Positions 36,801-50,297 of a stretch of DNA of 64,000 nt are shown piece after piece. The DNA lies in contig NC_042998.1 of assembly GCF_006345805.1 (NCBI RefSeq), forward strand, positions 171,368,001-171,432,000, in the 5' to 3' direction. Made by a program: the position numbers and the translations under genes. The DNA is from Octopus sinensis. Taxonomy: Eukaryota. The notes beneath the pieces are model-generated. The model saw only the letters and a list, made by a program, of their open reading frames with translations. It was not told the DNA's origin and searched no databases. Position 1 is the first letter of the stretch. Each line of letters begins with the position of its first letter.

Positions 36801-39800
36801 AGAATTTCTGATCTAATTTAAAGTTCTAGTTAAAACAGTTTTGTAGAACAATTTCTCTTTGCATGCGTCGTTAATGCACTTAGGATTAGCATTAACCAAT
36901 TTCTCATTTTCCTATTGGAAATATAGAGCTTAATGTTTACATATGAAGTAAGTTTAGAAATTTTACTCTTTTAATTTTCTTCTTGTATCAGTGAAACAAC
37001 GTGTCAGTTTTTCTTCTAAATTTGATTAAATTAGGGAAATAATTTATAAGTAAATCCGTGCATTACTACACAGTATCAAAATTTTTGCTGTGTTAGCAGA
37101 CTTCCAAGTTTCACATAGTATGTCTAAATATATCTGTCTATAATTCTTATGCATTTTCAATACACTATTTTGAATTAACTTTAAATTGACTCTAATTTGC
37201 AAAATTACTATGTTGTCAAAATGTTTTGCAAAACGTAATAATCCTACGTCTTTTGTTTATGTTTTTTTTTGTTAAAGCAAAAGTCAATGATAGATAACTG
37301 CCAAAAATAATTTTCTGTTCTTGCGTGACAAACTGGAAACCAAATAATAATTCTATTGAAGATGTTAATACCATTTAAGTTCAACCAGATATTTTTGAAT
37401 ACTTTACTCGAAAATAATTTTCGAGGATTCAAAACAGTCATTACATATATGTACATATGAATCTTCCAAAACTATAATCTATACGTGCATAACTAACACT
37501 CTGAAATATTCTATGAACCACAACTACACTCCAAAGACCTGGACTAATTCTTCACAGCTACATCTTTGAATATATATAAAAATGCGTTATCATCTACCTA
37601 TCTCTCTGGTTGTTAATCTGTCTGTCTGTTTGTCTGTCTATTTGCTTGTTTCCATCATTGTCATGTATGGTCGTGTACGTTTGTCCATCTGTTTATTTTT
37701 CTCTCCGTCTGTGTATCTATCCATCGGTGTGTAAATATTTGTCCATCTGTCATCTGTCTGTCGGCCTGAAACTTATTGAGTTTAACTATTCCTGTGGGTG
37801 TAGCGAGCGTTGGGACATAATCTTCTCAGATGAATTGTTTTAGATACACTATAAGGAAGTGAAATCACGAGTGGTTTCCCTACCAACGCACATGATCATC
37901 ATCCTTGTTGTCGTAGTTATCGTAGTCATCAACATCATCATTCAATTCCAACTTGTACTTATTTTCAGGCCCGCCAGCATCTTTTCTTTTTCTCTATGAG
38001 ATATTCCAAACCTAAATTATTTATTCGGACACTCCACATGCTGCATTTTATCATCGGCGTACTAAATTCACGATCAGTATCGATACCACTGACCTTCATC
38101 ACACTTTTGTCCATGGTTTTGGAAAGATGCCCAACGTTCATCCATCCATGGGTCACTTCCCATATGAATCCTTAGATGAGAAATTCTTCCAAATTGCCCA
38201 TCATATGGACAATTATGGGTGAGTCAGACAGTGTGCTCTGGCAACCGACTTCCTAGAGTCTCGTTGATGCAACTATAGGTGGTCACATAGATTTATTCAT
38301 TGCACCAAGTTGACCTCGAAGGCCATCCAGAGCATCAAAGTAAAGCAACCATCGAGTGACTTGATCGTAAACTTAGGATTTAAGTTTCACACCTGTAAAT
38401 AAGGGTTTTTCTCGACTGCTGCCATTGAAATTATATCAATATAACCATGTGTACATTAATTTATATGAATATTATATTTCTATGCAAATATAGATAGATA
38501 TAGTAGCTTATTTCCTTCATTATATAATATATAACAATTTAATTATGGCGTTCTCACAGAGGAAAGGGCAAGATGTTGGTGAGCTGAGACCACACTCCTG
38601 GCTCTATCCCCAGAGGAAAAAAATACCTTAAACTGTAGTTTAGGGATAAAGTATCCGGCACATGGTTATGATAAGATCGTAATTTCAGTTCCTGAACCGG
38701 GAAGGGGAGTGTATCCTTGAGCAAGCCATTTCATTTTATGTTCCTTCAGTCTATTCAGCTGTAAATGAGTCCCAACAAGGATGCTGGCGCAGCTCTATCC
38801 AACTCCAGCTACCACATCCTGGATGTATCACTGAGTGAAGGATGAAAGGGCCTAGAGAGTATCTGCTCGCGAAAGCATGGTACATGTTACTGAACCTTTC
38901 ATGCTCGCGAGTGGCGACCGGTTGTAAGACGTTCATTAATGCACTTCAATAAATCATGATCATTACCAATTTTTTACATGCTCCTACACATTTGTATTTT
39001 TGTATTTAAATAATATATCAATGAAAAGTATAGTTCTAATATAATTGTAATTTTAAAATTAGAAAATACAAATATAGAATAGAAAGAAGTAATAAAAAAG
39101 AAGGGACAGTCAGGTAGGATAAAATATTATTATATATTCTGTACTTATTTTCAATTTTATTTGAATTTTCTTATTCTTAAATAGTTTTTCCATGTTAAAT
39201 TTGCTATGGAAATCTATTATTCAAACAGGAAATGAAAGAATGTAGAGCAATTAACAAAACAATTTGCTTGTAACAAAGAATAAAGTAAAGGGATATGGGA
39301 CGAAATAATAACGACGGAAATAAAGAATAAACAAAATGAACGATAAATAGATGAAAAACCAAGGCTGACAGAAAAATCATAAGGATCGATAGGAAAAAGG
39401 AACAAAAAAACAAATAAAATGAAAATCAACAAATGAACAGGTAAACTGATAGGTGGTCAAGCAGAATAGATAACGAAATAATCTGATAATTGTAAAGGAT
39501 GGCTACACACATACGTTGTGAGATAGACAAACAGTTACGTAGGTACATAAGCAAATAGTTTACTCGTACGTGCTGAGTTTAATAACGGTAGAGTGACGGA
39601 TATAGTCATACATATGGCAGAATATATTTCTTTCCATAAGGTACAAGAATCTTCATCTTTTCTAGATAGTTGAAATATTAACTGATTATGATTGAAAATC
39701 TCTATTTCTCGTCTAAGTTCAAGTAGTTTTTGTATCGGTCACCGAACTTTTCCATACCCAAACGCCTGTTCCCCTCGTGTACAGAATTGTGGACATCCAT

Positions 39801-40909
39801 ATCTTCACGACACTGCCTTATTCTCGTTTTAGAGTTTTCTTGGTTCCATTCCTTCTACTTCACATACCTACGTTACCGACACAGACATCATAAATTTTGC
39901 TCTAACTGCTGCCACTAATTACGAGTGTAACATGCTTGACGCACCGACTCTTTAAACACTTATGAGTCTTCTAATTTTCAAATATGTTTATAACGCCTCC
40001 GCTGATTATATTCTATTAAATTTAGATACCTCAGGATTATGCTATGTCTCTTATACACTCTGTTATTTTCGCACGACCTAGTCGCTGTTGTTCTGACTAT
40101 GCAGTCTCCTTTACAAATTATACTATATTATACACATTGTTGATATTTCGTACACGAGCGAGGTTTAATCTGTACACCTGGCATTAGGCATGAATACCTT
40201 CCAGGAAGAAAGGTCACCAAAGCATCCTTCGACGGAATACAGCTTTGTTTCAGCTCGAAAACGCAGCAGCTACAGTTACAGCAAGGAAACAACGCTATCA
40301 CAAATTATGAACAACCGAAAAGCAGAAACTTACAAATGCGTCATTAAAGCTTGGCTTCATCTTATGTCTCTGATGACGTCTCATGGCAACCATATATCTG
40401 TATCATAGCCAAAGCCACTTCTGAAAGACTAGCTTTTCTCTTTAGCGCTACAAAATATTGAACTGTTTGCAAGACGCAAGTATAACCATGTTAGAATACT
40501 GCTTATATATCAGTAACAGAAATACTGTTACACACGCTCGCACGCGCGCATTCTTACACGTACCTTCGATCAAGTTCTAAAACAATTTAATTGTAACCAC
40601 AACTACAAGATCACAGATATGCTGTTCTTTAACTGTCTCTTTTATCGCTAGTACAAAGGTTCCGATGTCTTTGATTTCACAAATGCAGTATTTGTATTTT
40701 ATCTAATTTAAACATAATTTCCGTCCGTATCTCAGTTCATAACGTTACGCCATTTCACCCATAATTTCATGTCTCCAGTTCTAAATCTCTAGAAATCTAT
40801 CCCTATCCACATATCTCTCGTTTAACCATAGGTCAACTCAGCTTAATCCAGATCCAGTAAATCTATAATACAGACAATCGAGTTATAATCATTCTGTAGT
40901 TTATAATAG

Positions 40910-41208
40910 ACTAGCAGTATCGCCCGGCGTTGCCCGGGTTTGTAAGGGAAATAACTATATAAGCATTTTAGAGAGTTACTTCCCTTATATAATAGCAAAA
41001 AATGCATTAAAAATGGGAAAAAATGATGGTAATTTTTTTTTTAAATCGTAGACTCATCGTAGACGCGCGCTAATACCCAGAAGGGCTCGATATGAATCAC
41101 GACTATAAGATACCCGCTTTTGGTTAAACTGCACCGCAAAATGTGGGAGTAGTTAGGAATCTAAATCGTAGGAGACAGACACACAACTTCACTTTTATAT
41201 ATAAAGAT
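40910..41208 (+). mobile_element. Non-autonomous Helitron/Helentron-like (HINE/DINE-1-type) element
   Basis: Starts ACTAGCAGTATCGCCCGGCGTTGCCCGGG (5' hairpin) and ends GACAGACACACAAC..TTTTATATATAAAGAT, the usual HINE layout. Confidence 0.6.
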
Positions 41209-41396
41209 GTAGGACTATGTATTTCAGCACGCCCTTCCCTTATTCAAGATGATGGGTGGGTTGGTGTCATCTAAGAATGATTTGGTTACTATAACTAGCA
41301 CTGAGAACGACTACATAGAGGATCCGTTGTTAGCTCGTACATACTCACGTTTTATTACAGATATCAGCCGAAAGAAATTAAAGGTTATGAGAGCTG

Positions 41397-41814
41397 TTAC
41401 TCTTTTTTACTCTTTTACTCTTTTACACTTTTACTTGTTTCAGTCATTTGACTGCGGCCATGCTGGAGCACCGCCTTTAATCGAGCAACTCGACCCCAGG
41501 ACTTATTCTTTTGTAAGCCCAGAACTTATTCTATCGCTCTCTTTTGCCGAACCGCTAAGTAACGGGGACATAAACACACCAGAATCAGTTGTCAAGCAAT
41601 GCTAGGGGGACAAACACAGACGCACAAACACGCATATATATACATATATACGACGGGCTTCTTTCAGTTTCCGTCTACCAAATCCACTCACAAGGCTTTG
41701 GTCAGCCCGAGACTATAGTAGAAGACACTTGCCCAAGGTGCCACGCAGTGGGACTGAACCCGGAACCATGTGGTTGATAAACAAGCTACTTACCACACAG
41801 CCACTCCTGCGCCT
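41397..41814 (-). mobile_element. tRNA-derived SINE family S2, full length
   Basis: Head AGGCGCAGGAGTGGCTGTGTGGTAAG..GGTTCAGTCCC, internal microsatellite, tail GGCGGTGCTCCAGCATGGCCGCAG..(GTAAAAGA)n. Confidence 0.9.
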
Positions 41815-42017
41815 ATTTACTTTTTAAATAAGTGTATATAAAATATTTGTATCTTGTTGAGTTATTGGAGCAAACAATGTTTGTCATGCAACTGTACGTC
41901 ACTCTTTATGTTGTTTTCCTTAAACAGCAGGTAGAATTTATGGTCGTTCGCTAAATACTCTGTTGAGTTACTAAGTTACTTTCAACTTTACGTTTCTGAA
42001 CCAAAAACAACAAAGAA

Positions 42018-42196
42018 CACGCACACACACGCACGCACACACACGCACGCACACACACACGCACGCACACACACGCACGCACACACACGCACGCACACAC
42101 ACGCACGCACACACACGCACGCACACACACGCACGCACACACACACGCACGCACACACACGCACGGACACACACGCACGCACACACACGCACACAC

Positions 42197-42270
<74 letters not shown>
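42018..42270. repeat. (GCAC)/(AC)n compound microsatellite
   Basis: Direct reading. Confidence 0.95.
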
Positions 42271-42272
<2 letters not shown>

Positions 42273-42805
42273 GGATTGAAAATGGGTTAAATTGTTATGC
42301 ATATTTATCTTTTTTTTTAAAATAAAATAAGTTTTACTTTTTTAACGTAAGGAATGAGTAAATTTTCCACGTATTTATATATATGGAAGTAAAAAACTGT
42401 TTCCGCATAAAAAAAAAAACGATAGCTTTACTGAAACTATATTAATGCATCTCTTCACGAGGTGAGTTTTACATACAACACACAAAAAAGAGGAGAGAGA
42501 GAGGAAAACAACCTGTTTAGAGGTATTGTTTTCGCATGAAAAAGTTTTAGCGAATGTATTTTAGAGCTTGCTGCGGTCAAAAGAGATTTTGTAGTTGAGG
42601 GAAAACGATATTTAACTGTCCGGGATCCGGGTTTTCGCTTTGAACATTTGTAGATGATTCTTTTTATTGTGTGTAAAGACCTTGTGGCGACTGTATTTGC
42701 GATTAAATAAATAGGCTAAGTATACCAATTACAAAAAAACAAAACAAAACCAAATCAAATACAAAAATAAATGTTCAAGAGACATTTATAATCATAGACA
42801 TTTAT

Positions 42806-42980
42806 AGGCGCAGGAGTGCTTGTATGGTAAGTAGCTTGCTTACCAACCACATGGTTCCAGGTTCGGTCCCAATGCGTAGAACCTTAGGCAAGTGTTTTCT
42901 ACTATAGCTTCGGACCGACCAAAGCCTCGTGAGTGGATTTGGTAAACGGAAACTGAAAGAAGGCCGTCGTATATATGTAT
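42806..42980 (+). mobile_element. SINE S2, 5' half, interrupted at its internal microsatellite
   Basis: Homologous to the S2 head; ends in TATATATGTAT directly before family B copy 1. Confidence 0.85.
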
Positions 42981-43170
42981 GATAGATCGGTAGCCACTAC
43001 ACACATTTTTTTTCTCTCCTTGTTTTTTTCTGTGTCCCTTTCTGTAGAAGAGCGTAGGCTCGAAACGTAAAAGACTTTTTCAATTCCAGAGCGTTATACT
43101 AATACATCTGTTTGTTTTCTACACCATCTATCTTCGTCTTTTGTTTTTTTCGTGAACTCTCCCCCTATAT
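42981..43170 (+). mobile_element. Penelope-like tail repeat family B, copy 1 (variant hammerhead 43034-43075)
   Basis: GUCCCUUU-CUGUAGA-A-GAGC(GUAG)GCUC-GAAAC-GUA-AAAGAC; ends at (TA)n. Confidence 0.8.
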
Positions 43171-43189
43171 ATATATATACAGACCTCTC

Positions 43190-44232
43190 CATTGAGCATA
43201 AATGGATCAAATTCCGAGACACTATCTATGCATCCTCACTCGATGTCTTAGGGAAAATAGAACGCAAATACCAAAACTGTTTTGATGAGGGTGATGATGA
43301 AATAAATGAATTGTTAAACACAATCACATCAACCTTTTCTTGCAAACAATACACAGGGGATGAATAATTGCATAGGAATTGCTGTTATTTACTGCAGAAT
43401 AAACTCAGCACTATGGGAAACGAGTGGTTTTAGCAACGAGCTAAGCAAATGCACAACCTGGCTGAGATAAGACATTAAAGACCTATAAAGTAATCCACAA
43501 AAACGAGAACTGTTTCCTTGCTCAGCTCTGGTGGTTTGTCTCTGTTGACAGAGAAATCATTAATACTACAGCGATTGGCAGGGCACTTTGGCTGTCTTAA
43601 ATATCCCTCATATAAATGTAGAGGCAATAAACCGTCTACATCAAGTGCCCCACAAAGTATCAATTGAGTGATCCATCTTTACTTGGTGAAATTCAATTGG
43701 CTATCAAATTAATAGCCAACGATAACGTCTCCGGATCTGACGCAATTCCTGCTGAGATCTATAAATGTGGTAAACGGAGAATATAGGAATATCTACCCGC
43801 CCTGTTTACTACGATGTGGGGACACGAACTAATTCAACAAGAATTCAAAGATATCTGCATTGTACACCCCTATATAATAAAAGGGAAACATCCACCAGTG
43901 TGACAACATAGGGGCATATAGCTCATGTCATTTGTTGAAAAAATTCCAGCATGGATCATGCTTAGTCGGCTCATAAAATATCCTGTGTCTGAGCTTCTTC
44001 CTGAGATTCAGTGTGTTCTCCGAAAATCTCGCGGGACCATAGACATGATACTTGCTACAAAACAGCTTCAGGAAAAATGTTAGGAACAAAATCAAGACCT
44101 CTACACTGTATTCATCGACCATTGTAACCACAAATTCCATGCTAAAATTGGTCTAATAAGCCACCTATGGATTCATAAATTGTAGAGCTGATCACCTGGA
44201 TATCTTCAGATACTTGAAGACCGAACCCAATA
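43190..44232 (+). mobile_element. Internally deleted RTE (BovB-like) LINE
   Basis: LGKIERKYQNCFDE, SDAIPAEIYK, RGTIDMI..QLQEKC*EQNQDLYTVFID, joined directly at about 44120 to the C-terminal CNHKFHAKIGLISHLWIH. Confidence 0.85.
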
Positions 44233-46489
44233 ATTTTATCAACTCTGGAAAAGAAATCAAAGTCGGGCTCCGAAAAGTCTGAACGCGGAACCAAGTGAGA
44301 ATATTTTAATTAGTTGCGTTACTGTCTCGGCCATGTTTACAAATATTTACAAATCTAATATATTGGAATAAATTACTATATATTGTGTGTTGTGTTGTGT
44401 GCGTGTGTGTCTTATAAAACAGTTACTACGACAGGCAGACAGATAGACACATACCAACGTGCTCACACACTTCACGCATCCTATTCAAACCAATTCAAGG
44501 CTGACGCACTATAATCACTTTATTGAATAGAGCACAATAAACTAATACTTGAAATAAAAACACAGTAAACAGAGGTATCGATGCAGAATTTTTTTTTAAA
44601 ACCAAATCTTTTGAAGTTTTTGATCTTATATAATGGTAGTATGAGAATTTAAAGTGATAGAACGATTTTATTGCACACAGATGATGTTTGTAAATCGATA
44701 ACCATTGCTATTTCGCTCTTTCTCCTAGTTTTCTGATGCCATATTTGTGAGAATGTACATGCTTATTTTCCTGATAGTAAATATGCTGATTCCTTCAATA
44801 AATAATTTACATTCATTTGAAAAATTAGTATTCAGAAATAACATTAATATATCACATCTAAAACGGACACGGTTAAAATGGAGTAGAATAGCAGTTTTGA
44901 TACTTTGTCGTAAATACATACATTAATCTTGAAACTATAAATATTTTTCTCTTAAAGACTGAAATATAGTACCGAATGTCATTTTCTGGATTTCTGTGTA
45001 TAATTTCAATAAGTTATTGCAGCGAGTACTGCAAGACTGAATGTAACCCCTCAGTGACTCAATCACGCGATCGGATATCGATTCTTGTTGAAATCATTTC
45101 ATTTGACTTACACCTCCTAAATCTCTAAAGAAAGGCATCTGTACCACAAATCATCATTTCCTCTTTATATATTTTAGGATATGTGCTAAGTCACCATAAA
45201 CTAATTGATGTAGATCGCTACACTACAGTGTTAATTTGCTGAACTTGTTAGATTATAGTGGACAGCTCGATGGTTCAAATTTGATAGAATGCTAATACTT
45301 ATAAAAATAAAAGGATTTTTCTCCAGACTTTACTCCAATATTCGAGAAGTTATCAGGTTTTTCCCTTGATGACACTGTCACTACACAGATATGAAGGTGA
45401 CAAGTGAATATAACGATTCGATCTTGATTTGCAACAATGTTAAAATAAATTTCGTGGTTTTTAAACAGACGTTTGGTCTTTTTCAATGCAGCAATCAAAT
45501 GTGATAGCTGCATATGCTGTCACTTTAATGTTTTTTTCTGAAGAAATCGATCGTAGATCAAAACAAACACCACTAAATGAAATTACAAGTCAAAAAGTAA
45601 CTCAATCGATGAATTCAATTTTACACCTAGCAAACGAGGGTGAAATTACTCAATCTACTAGAAATAACGAGATATCCCTCAAATCACACCCTACCGCCTT
45701 AGAAAAGAGAAGGATACATTGAACAAAGTAGTCCTACGCACACGCAAACGCGCGCGCGCACACACACACACACGACGAGATGGTTGGCTTTAATCATAAG
45801 AAAATTCGATCAGATTCGGCTTGAGGTTAAACAACAATAACAACAGCGTCAAAACAGCAACACTAGAATTATGGGGATAGATCTAACTAAAAGAGACTGT
45901 CGCGTGAATCCTACTATTATAGCTCATACATTTAGGAAGACTTGAACCGAATTATGTAATCCAACGAAACGTAATCATATGGTGTTCATGTTGTCTTTAA
46001 AGGCAAGCTACATACTACATGAAATAATCCTAAGATTTCTTCCAACTTAATGATCAGAGATAACATCAGTTCTTCCCTAACTGTGTCTTCTGCATATTGC
46101 GAAAATATTGAGATGTATCAAGTAATTGTCCAATTTCAGAAGATTTCTTTTTAAAATAACGGTTTTAATTTAGGCACAAGGCCGGAAATGCTATGGCTTG
46201 GGTTAACCACAGCATCGACCTTAGTATTTGACTCGTACTTTATTTATCCGCGAAACTATAATAGACAAAGACGACCGCGGCCAGAACAAACTCCAAAAGG
46301 CATTTTCCGATACTTCTGCGATTCTGCCAATCCACTGCTCTTCGTTTTCAAATAATACATCACAAAATCCTGTTCAGTACTAGTGGCAATCATCTTGTGC
46401 ACTGATGTAATTGTAGATACTCGCGTTTACAGCTCTAAATGGGTAGTTAAAAAAAAACTAATTACAATATATAACAAGGTGTTATAAAT

Positions 46490-46680
46490 CCATACAGGCC
46501 TTTGTTTTTCCTTGGTGGCAGCAACCCAAGATACTGGCAGCATTACCACGAACTATCGTGTAGCTGGAACGCATGGACCAATCACGCATCACCTGATATT
46601 TCGATGAAGTAAGACGCCAAGAAGTTAAGAATTTCGTGGTTAGTATTCCGGCTCCATCAAACGTCTCAGTACAACGCATT
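46490..46680 (-). mobile_element. Possible CRE-like non-LTR element C-terminal remnant
   Basis: SYTIVRGNAASILG resembles the CRE-clade terminal motif S.AIQRGNAASILG; short. Confidence 0.45.
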
Positions 46681-47344
46681 TACTTCATGGTGCTTATTTA
46701 TAATTAAGTAACGGAGTTAGTGAGAGTTAAATTTCCTGAAATAGCTTAACAGCGGTGTCAGAGTAGGAACTAAAACCGTTTGAATGCTAGTCTGGTAATT
46801 TATCAATTTGGGAAAATGTTATTTCATTCTTCAACCGAAAAGGAACGAACGAAATCAACAAACAACTAATCAACGAATGCCCTAAACTATAACTGAACTA
46901 AATAACCAATCCAAACAATAAATCTGGCAACGAAAATATCGTTAAACCATATAAATAGCAACCACAAACACTTATACCCTCACCACAAAAGAATAATGGG
47001 AAGTAACTAAATTCCTTGTCACACACACAGAGTAATGAGAAAGATCAACGTTTCTCATAAAAATGAGGCAACAGTAGAGTCTAACAACATTCCTAAGTTG
47101 GCAATCAGCATTTCTACGCCAAATATCGATTGATTTCTTTTGCAGATGTCATTATCGCATGGAATGTATCTGAGAGAGCTTTTAGAGACAACATAAATGG
47201 TTCAATGTGCCTTAGTTATTCACCCGGAGCCTCATATATCTGAAAATATTTAAACGTTGATATATTGTCTATTGGTATTCTATATATTATGCGCTATCTG
47301 TTGTGTGCGCGCGCGCGTCTGTAGACCATTCTAATTTTCTCTGA

Positions 47345-47404
47345 TTTTTTTTTCTCTCTAGTTTCAGCTCAGAGTTGCGGCCATGCTGAGACACCGCCGT
47401 TTAC
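47345..47404 (-). mobile_element. Isolated 3' tail of the CR1-group LINE
   Basis: Reverse complement AAACGGCGGTGTCTCAGCATGGCCGCAACTCTGAGCTGAAACTAGAGAG matches 36741-36790. Confidence 0.85.
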
Positions 47405-48345
47405 AAAACTTGCAAAGATAATCTGGAATTCGACTGGGGAAAGAAAACTCCGAATGACCCGTCCGTGTGTTTTCTTGTCCCTCTTTTTGTATAATTTGTC
47501 TGGATGTTTTGTTGTCCTTTTTTTGTATCATCTAACTTTCTGGATGTTTTGCATTCTTGTCCCATTCTTTGTATCCCTTTTTATATACATATGGCGGCGT
47601 ACGTACACTTTGATTTGTTATATGTAAGTACATATATATATATCTAAATTTTGTACGACTCTTATTCTTTCATTCTTTCATTCTTTCTATCACCTCCTTC
47701 ACACTTACTTCGTTCTTTCCTCTCTTCTTTCTTTCGTTACAACTCTCTCACATTTCCTGGCTTTCTCTTCATTCTCACCTTCCCTCCTCTTTCACTTCAC
47801 TCTGTCCCATTTCTTTTTTCTCGTCCCTCCCTAATTCTTCTATCCCTCTGCCTCTACCTCTCTACTCTCTCTCCACGTGACCGGTATTCGGCCAAGCTTG
47901 ACCTTTCTTTCTTTGTTCGACTACCATCCGTGCAACATCTATGTTACTCCCTATTCTTGTCAACTCTCATGCTCCTGCTGTAAGGCTTCACTTCCATACA
48001 CGCCAGCTTAATTTAATTCATCCTTAGTCGAAAGACACCTGTTGTTAATGTCCTGTTATTTGCATTTGTATTTGTGAACCATTTCTCCGTTTTTTTCGTC
48101 CTTGTATTCATATACATTCGGTGCTTTCTTCCAAGGAAATTAGTGCTCTTAGCTTTGTTTTTTTCCTTGGGGCTGGCCAGATTAGAGCAATCTCGAGTAT
48201 AACCAGCCGAAATTGCAAAGATAATCTGGAACTCGACTGAGGAAAGAAAACTCCGAATGACCCGTCCTTGTTTTTTTTTGTCCCTTTTTTTGTATCATCT
48301 GTCTGGATGTTTTGCATTCTTGTCCCATTGTTTGTATTCCTTTAT
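47405..48345 (+). repeat. Two copies of an unclassified tail repeat (47405-47600, 48210-48345) around a pyrimidine-rich segment; Penelope-like 3' region suspected
   Basis: GATAATCTGGAA.TCGACTG.GGAAAGAAAACTCCGAATGACCCGTCC shared; both end near (TA)n. Confidence 0.55.
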
Positions 48346-48627
48346 ATATATAATAGTGCATAAGATTTTATACATGGTTGTGTGTGTGTACACACTCGCA
48401 CAGAGTGTGATAGAATAAACCGCCCATATTTTGCACGGTCATTAGTTAAGTAGGTGATAGTGGTGGCTGCATGTAAGAAGTATTTTATTATTTTTCTATC
48501 AGTTACCAGCATGCATTTACGGTTGAAACGCTTATCAAGAAGTGTGAAGCTGAGATTTTTTATGTGCGTGTGCACACACACACACACACACACATGCACA
48601 TACCAATATATATATTTGTGTCACCAT

Positions 48628-48816
48628 GATAGATCGTTAGCCACTGCACATATTATTTCTCTCCTTGTTTCTCTCCTTGTTTTTTCTGTGTCCCTTTCTG
48701 TAGAAGAGCGTAGGCTCGAAACGTAAAAGACTTTTTCTATTCCTGAGCGTTATACTAATACATCTGTTTGTTTTGTACACCACCTGTCTTCGTCTTTTGT
48801 TTTTTTCGTAAACTCT

Positions 48817-48820
<4 letters not shown>
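48628..48820 (+). mobile_element. Family B copy 2 (variant hammerhead 48690-48731)
   Basis: Identical core to copy 1; ends at (TA)n. Confidence 0.8.
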
Positions 48821-48910
<90 letters not shown>

Positions 48911-49111
48911 ATATTATATATATATATCTTGATGGTTTGTTGCCAACTTAATGTGATAGTCCCTCCCTGATCGGATATTTACCAACCTCAGCTATTGTAC
49001 ATGATATGCGAGGAAGATGCTTGCCGGAGATTATATACGGAATGAAAATAATGATATCAACGACAACAGCAACAACACAAACATGAGTACAAAGTATAGC
49101 CTAGATAACTC

Positions 49112-49345
49112 AATCAAATCCTTTACATGGATGATCTAAAGCTTTTCATAGAAGATGATCAACAACTGGAACGGCTTTAAACTATAGTAAAACAGTCCAA
49201 TGATGATATTGAAATGGAGTTTGACCTTGATAAATATGCTAAAGTTCCGCCCTTTAAAGCAAACTCCTGAAAACGAATGAGGTACCGATAGACAACTCTA
49301 TCATCATCCAGGAATTAGATCTCGAGTAAATTACAAAGGGGATGG
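49112..49345 (+). mobile_element. R4/Dong-like non-LTR reverse transcriptase remnant
   Basis: NQILYMDDLKLF..L*TIV..DDIEMEFDLDKYAK resembles R4-clade LLYMDDLKL..DI.M.FGLDKCA. Confidence 0.65.
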
Positions 49346-50216
49346 CTCACAAGTATGTGAAGGGGATGGCTCACAAGTGCGCAAGAAAACACGGACATTT
49401 GTCTGAATGTCTGAATTTTTTCTTGTAACTGGAAACTTGTTTTCAACTTAAAGGTCAGATGTTATAAAGTGCGATAAAAGAGTTTTAAAACAAACTAGAC
49501 GTAGATTATTAAAAATCTATGCTAAGATCTTCAGATATAAACTGTTAAGTATATAAGAAAAGAAAGCATATAAATATACTCAATTCTTTGAAACGAGTAA
49601 GTTAACCAATTGGCAAATTAATTAGTAAAATTAATTAGTAAAAATACAATTACTTAAACTCATATATCAGAAGCGATGTAGGATCCTAATATATAATAGT
49701 AAAGATTTCGTAATATAGAATGCAATTAATATTCAAGTTACGGTGATGAACAAACAAAAGAAACCGCCGCTGAAATTTATTAATTTTACGATTGTAATTA
49801 CAAAATTGCAAAGGAAGAAACTAATAATAAAAGCCAAAGAAATTTGAAAATAGAGTTTTAAAGATTAAATCATTATTATACTGATATTAACCATGATCTC
49901 ACCGGTAATGGATGAGCTATGTTGTGAGGGAGGTAGATTAAAGATAGGTGGGTACGCTGAGACGAAAAAAAAAAACAGGAAGAAAAACTGTTAGGTTAAT
50001 GAAGTCTGACCGAAAGACTAATTACATTTGTGGAGGGTATCTAATTAGTAAGCCGTTACGTTTAATTATTAGACTATCATATGCCTGAGGACACGTGCTG
50101 CTAATGAGCAGAGATTACAGTCCTCTCCAACACTCACAGAAAAACCGTTCTATTCACAGACCAAGATATTTCTTAGCCGTTTATAAATTCAGTCAATGAG
50201 GTAGTATTATGCTTTT

Positions 50217-50297
<81 letters not shown>

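Noticed and set aside
37850-38420. Higher-complexity segment that may be decayed coding DNA (also 16250-16780, 25650-26200, 60150-60640)
   Set aside because: No motif series could be assigned confidently by eye; a translated search against transposon protein libraries is needed
41425-41475. SINE S2 and LINE tail AGUC(AAAU)GACU-GAAAC-AA-GUA, resembling a hammerhead 3' half
   Set aside because: There is no CUGANGA core upstream; that position is occupied by the LINE-type 3' stem-loop
48236-48270. CUGAGGA-AAGAAAACUCC-GAAUGACCC-GUC (mutated copy near 47436)
   Set aside because: It has GAAU instead of GAAA and no consistent stem I, II or III by hand; left unclassified
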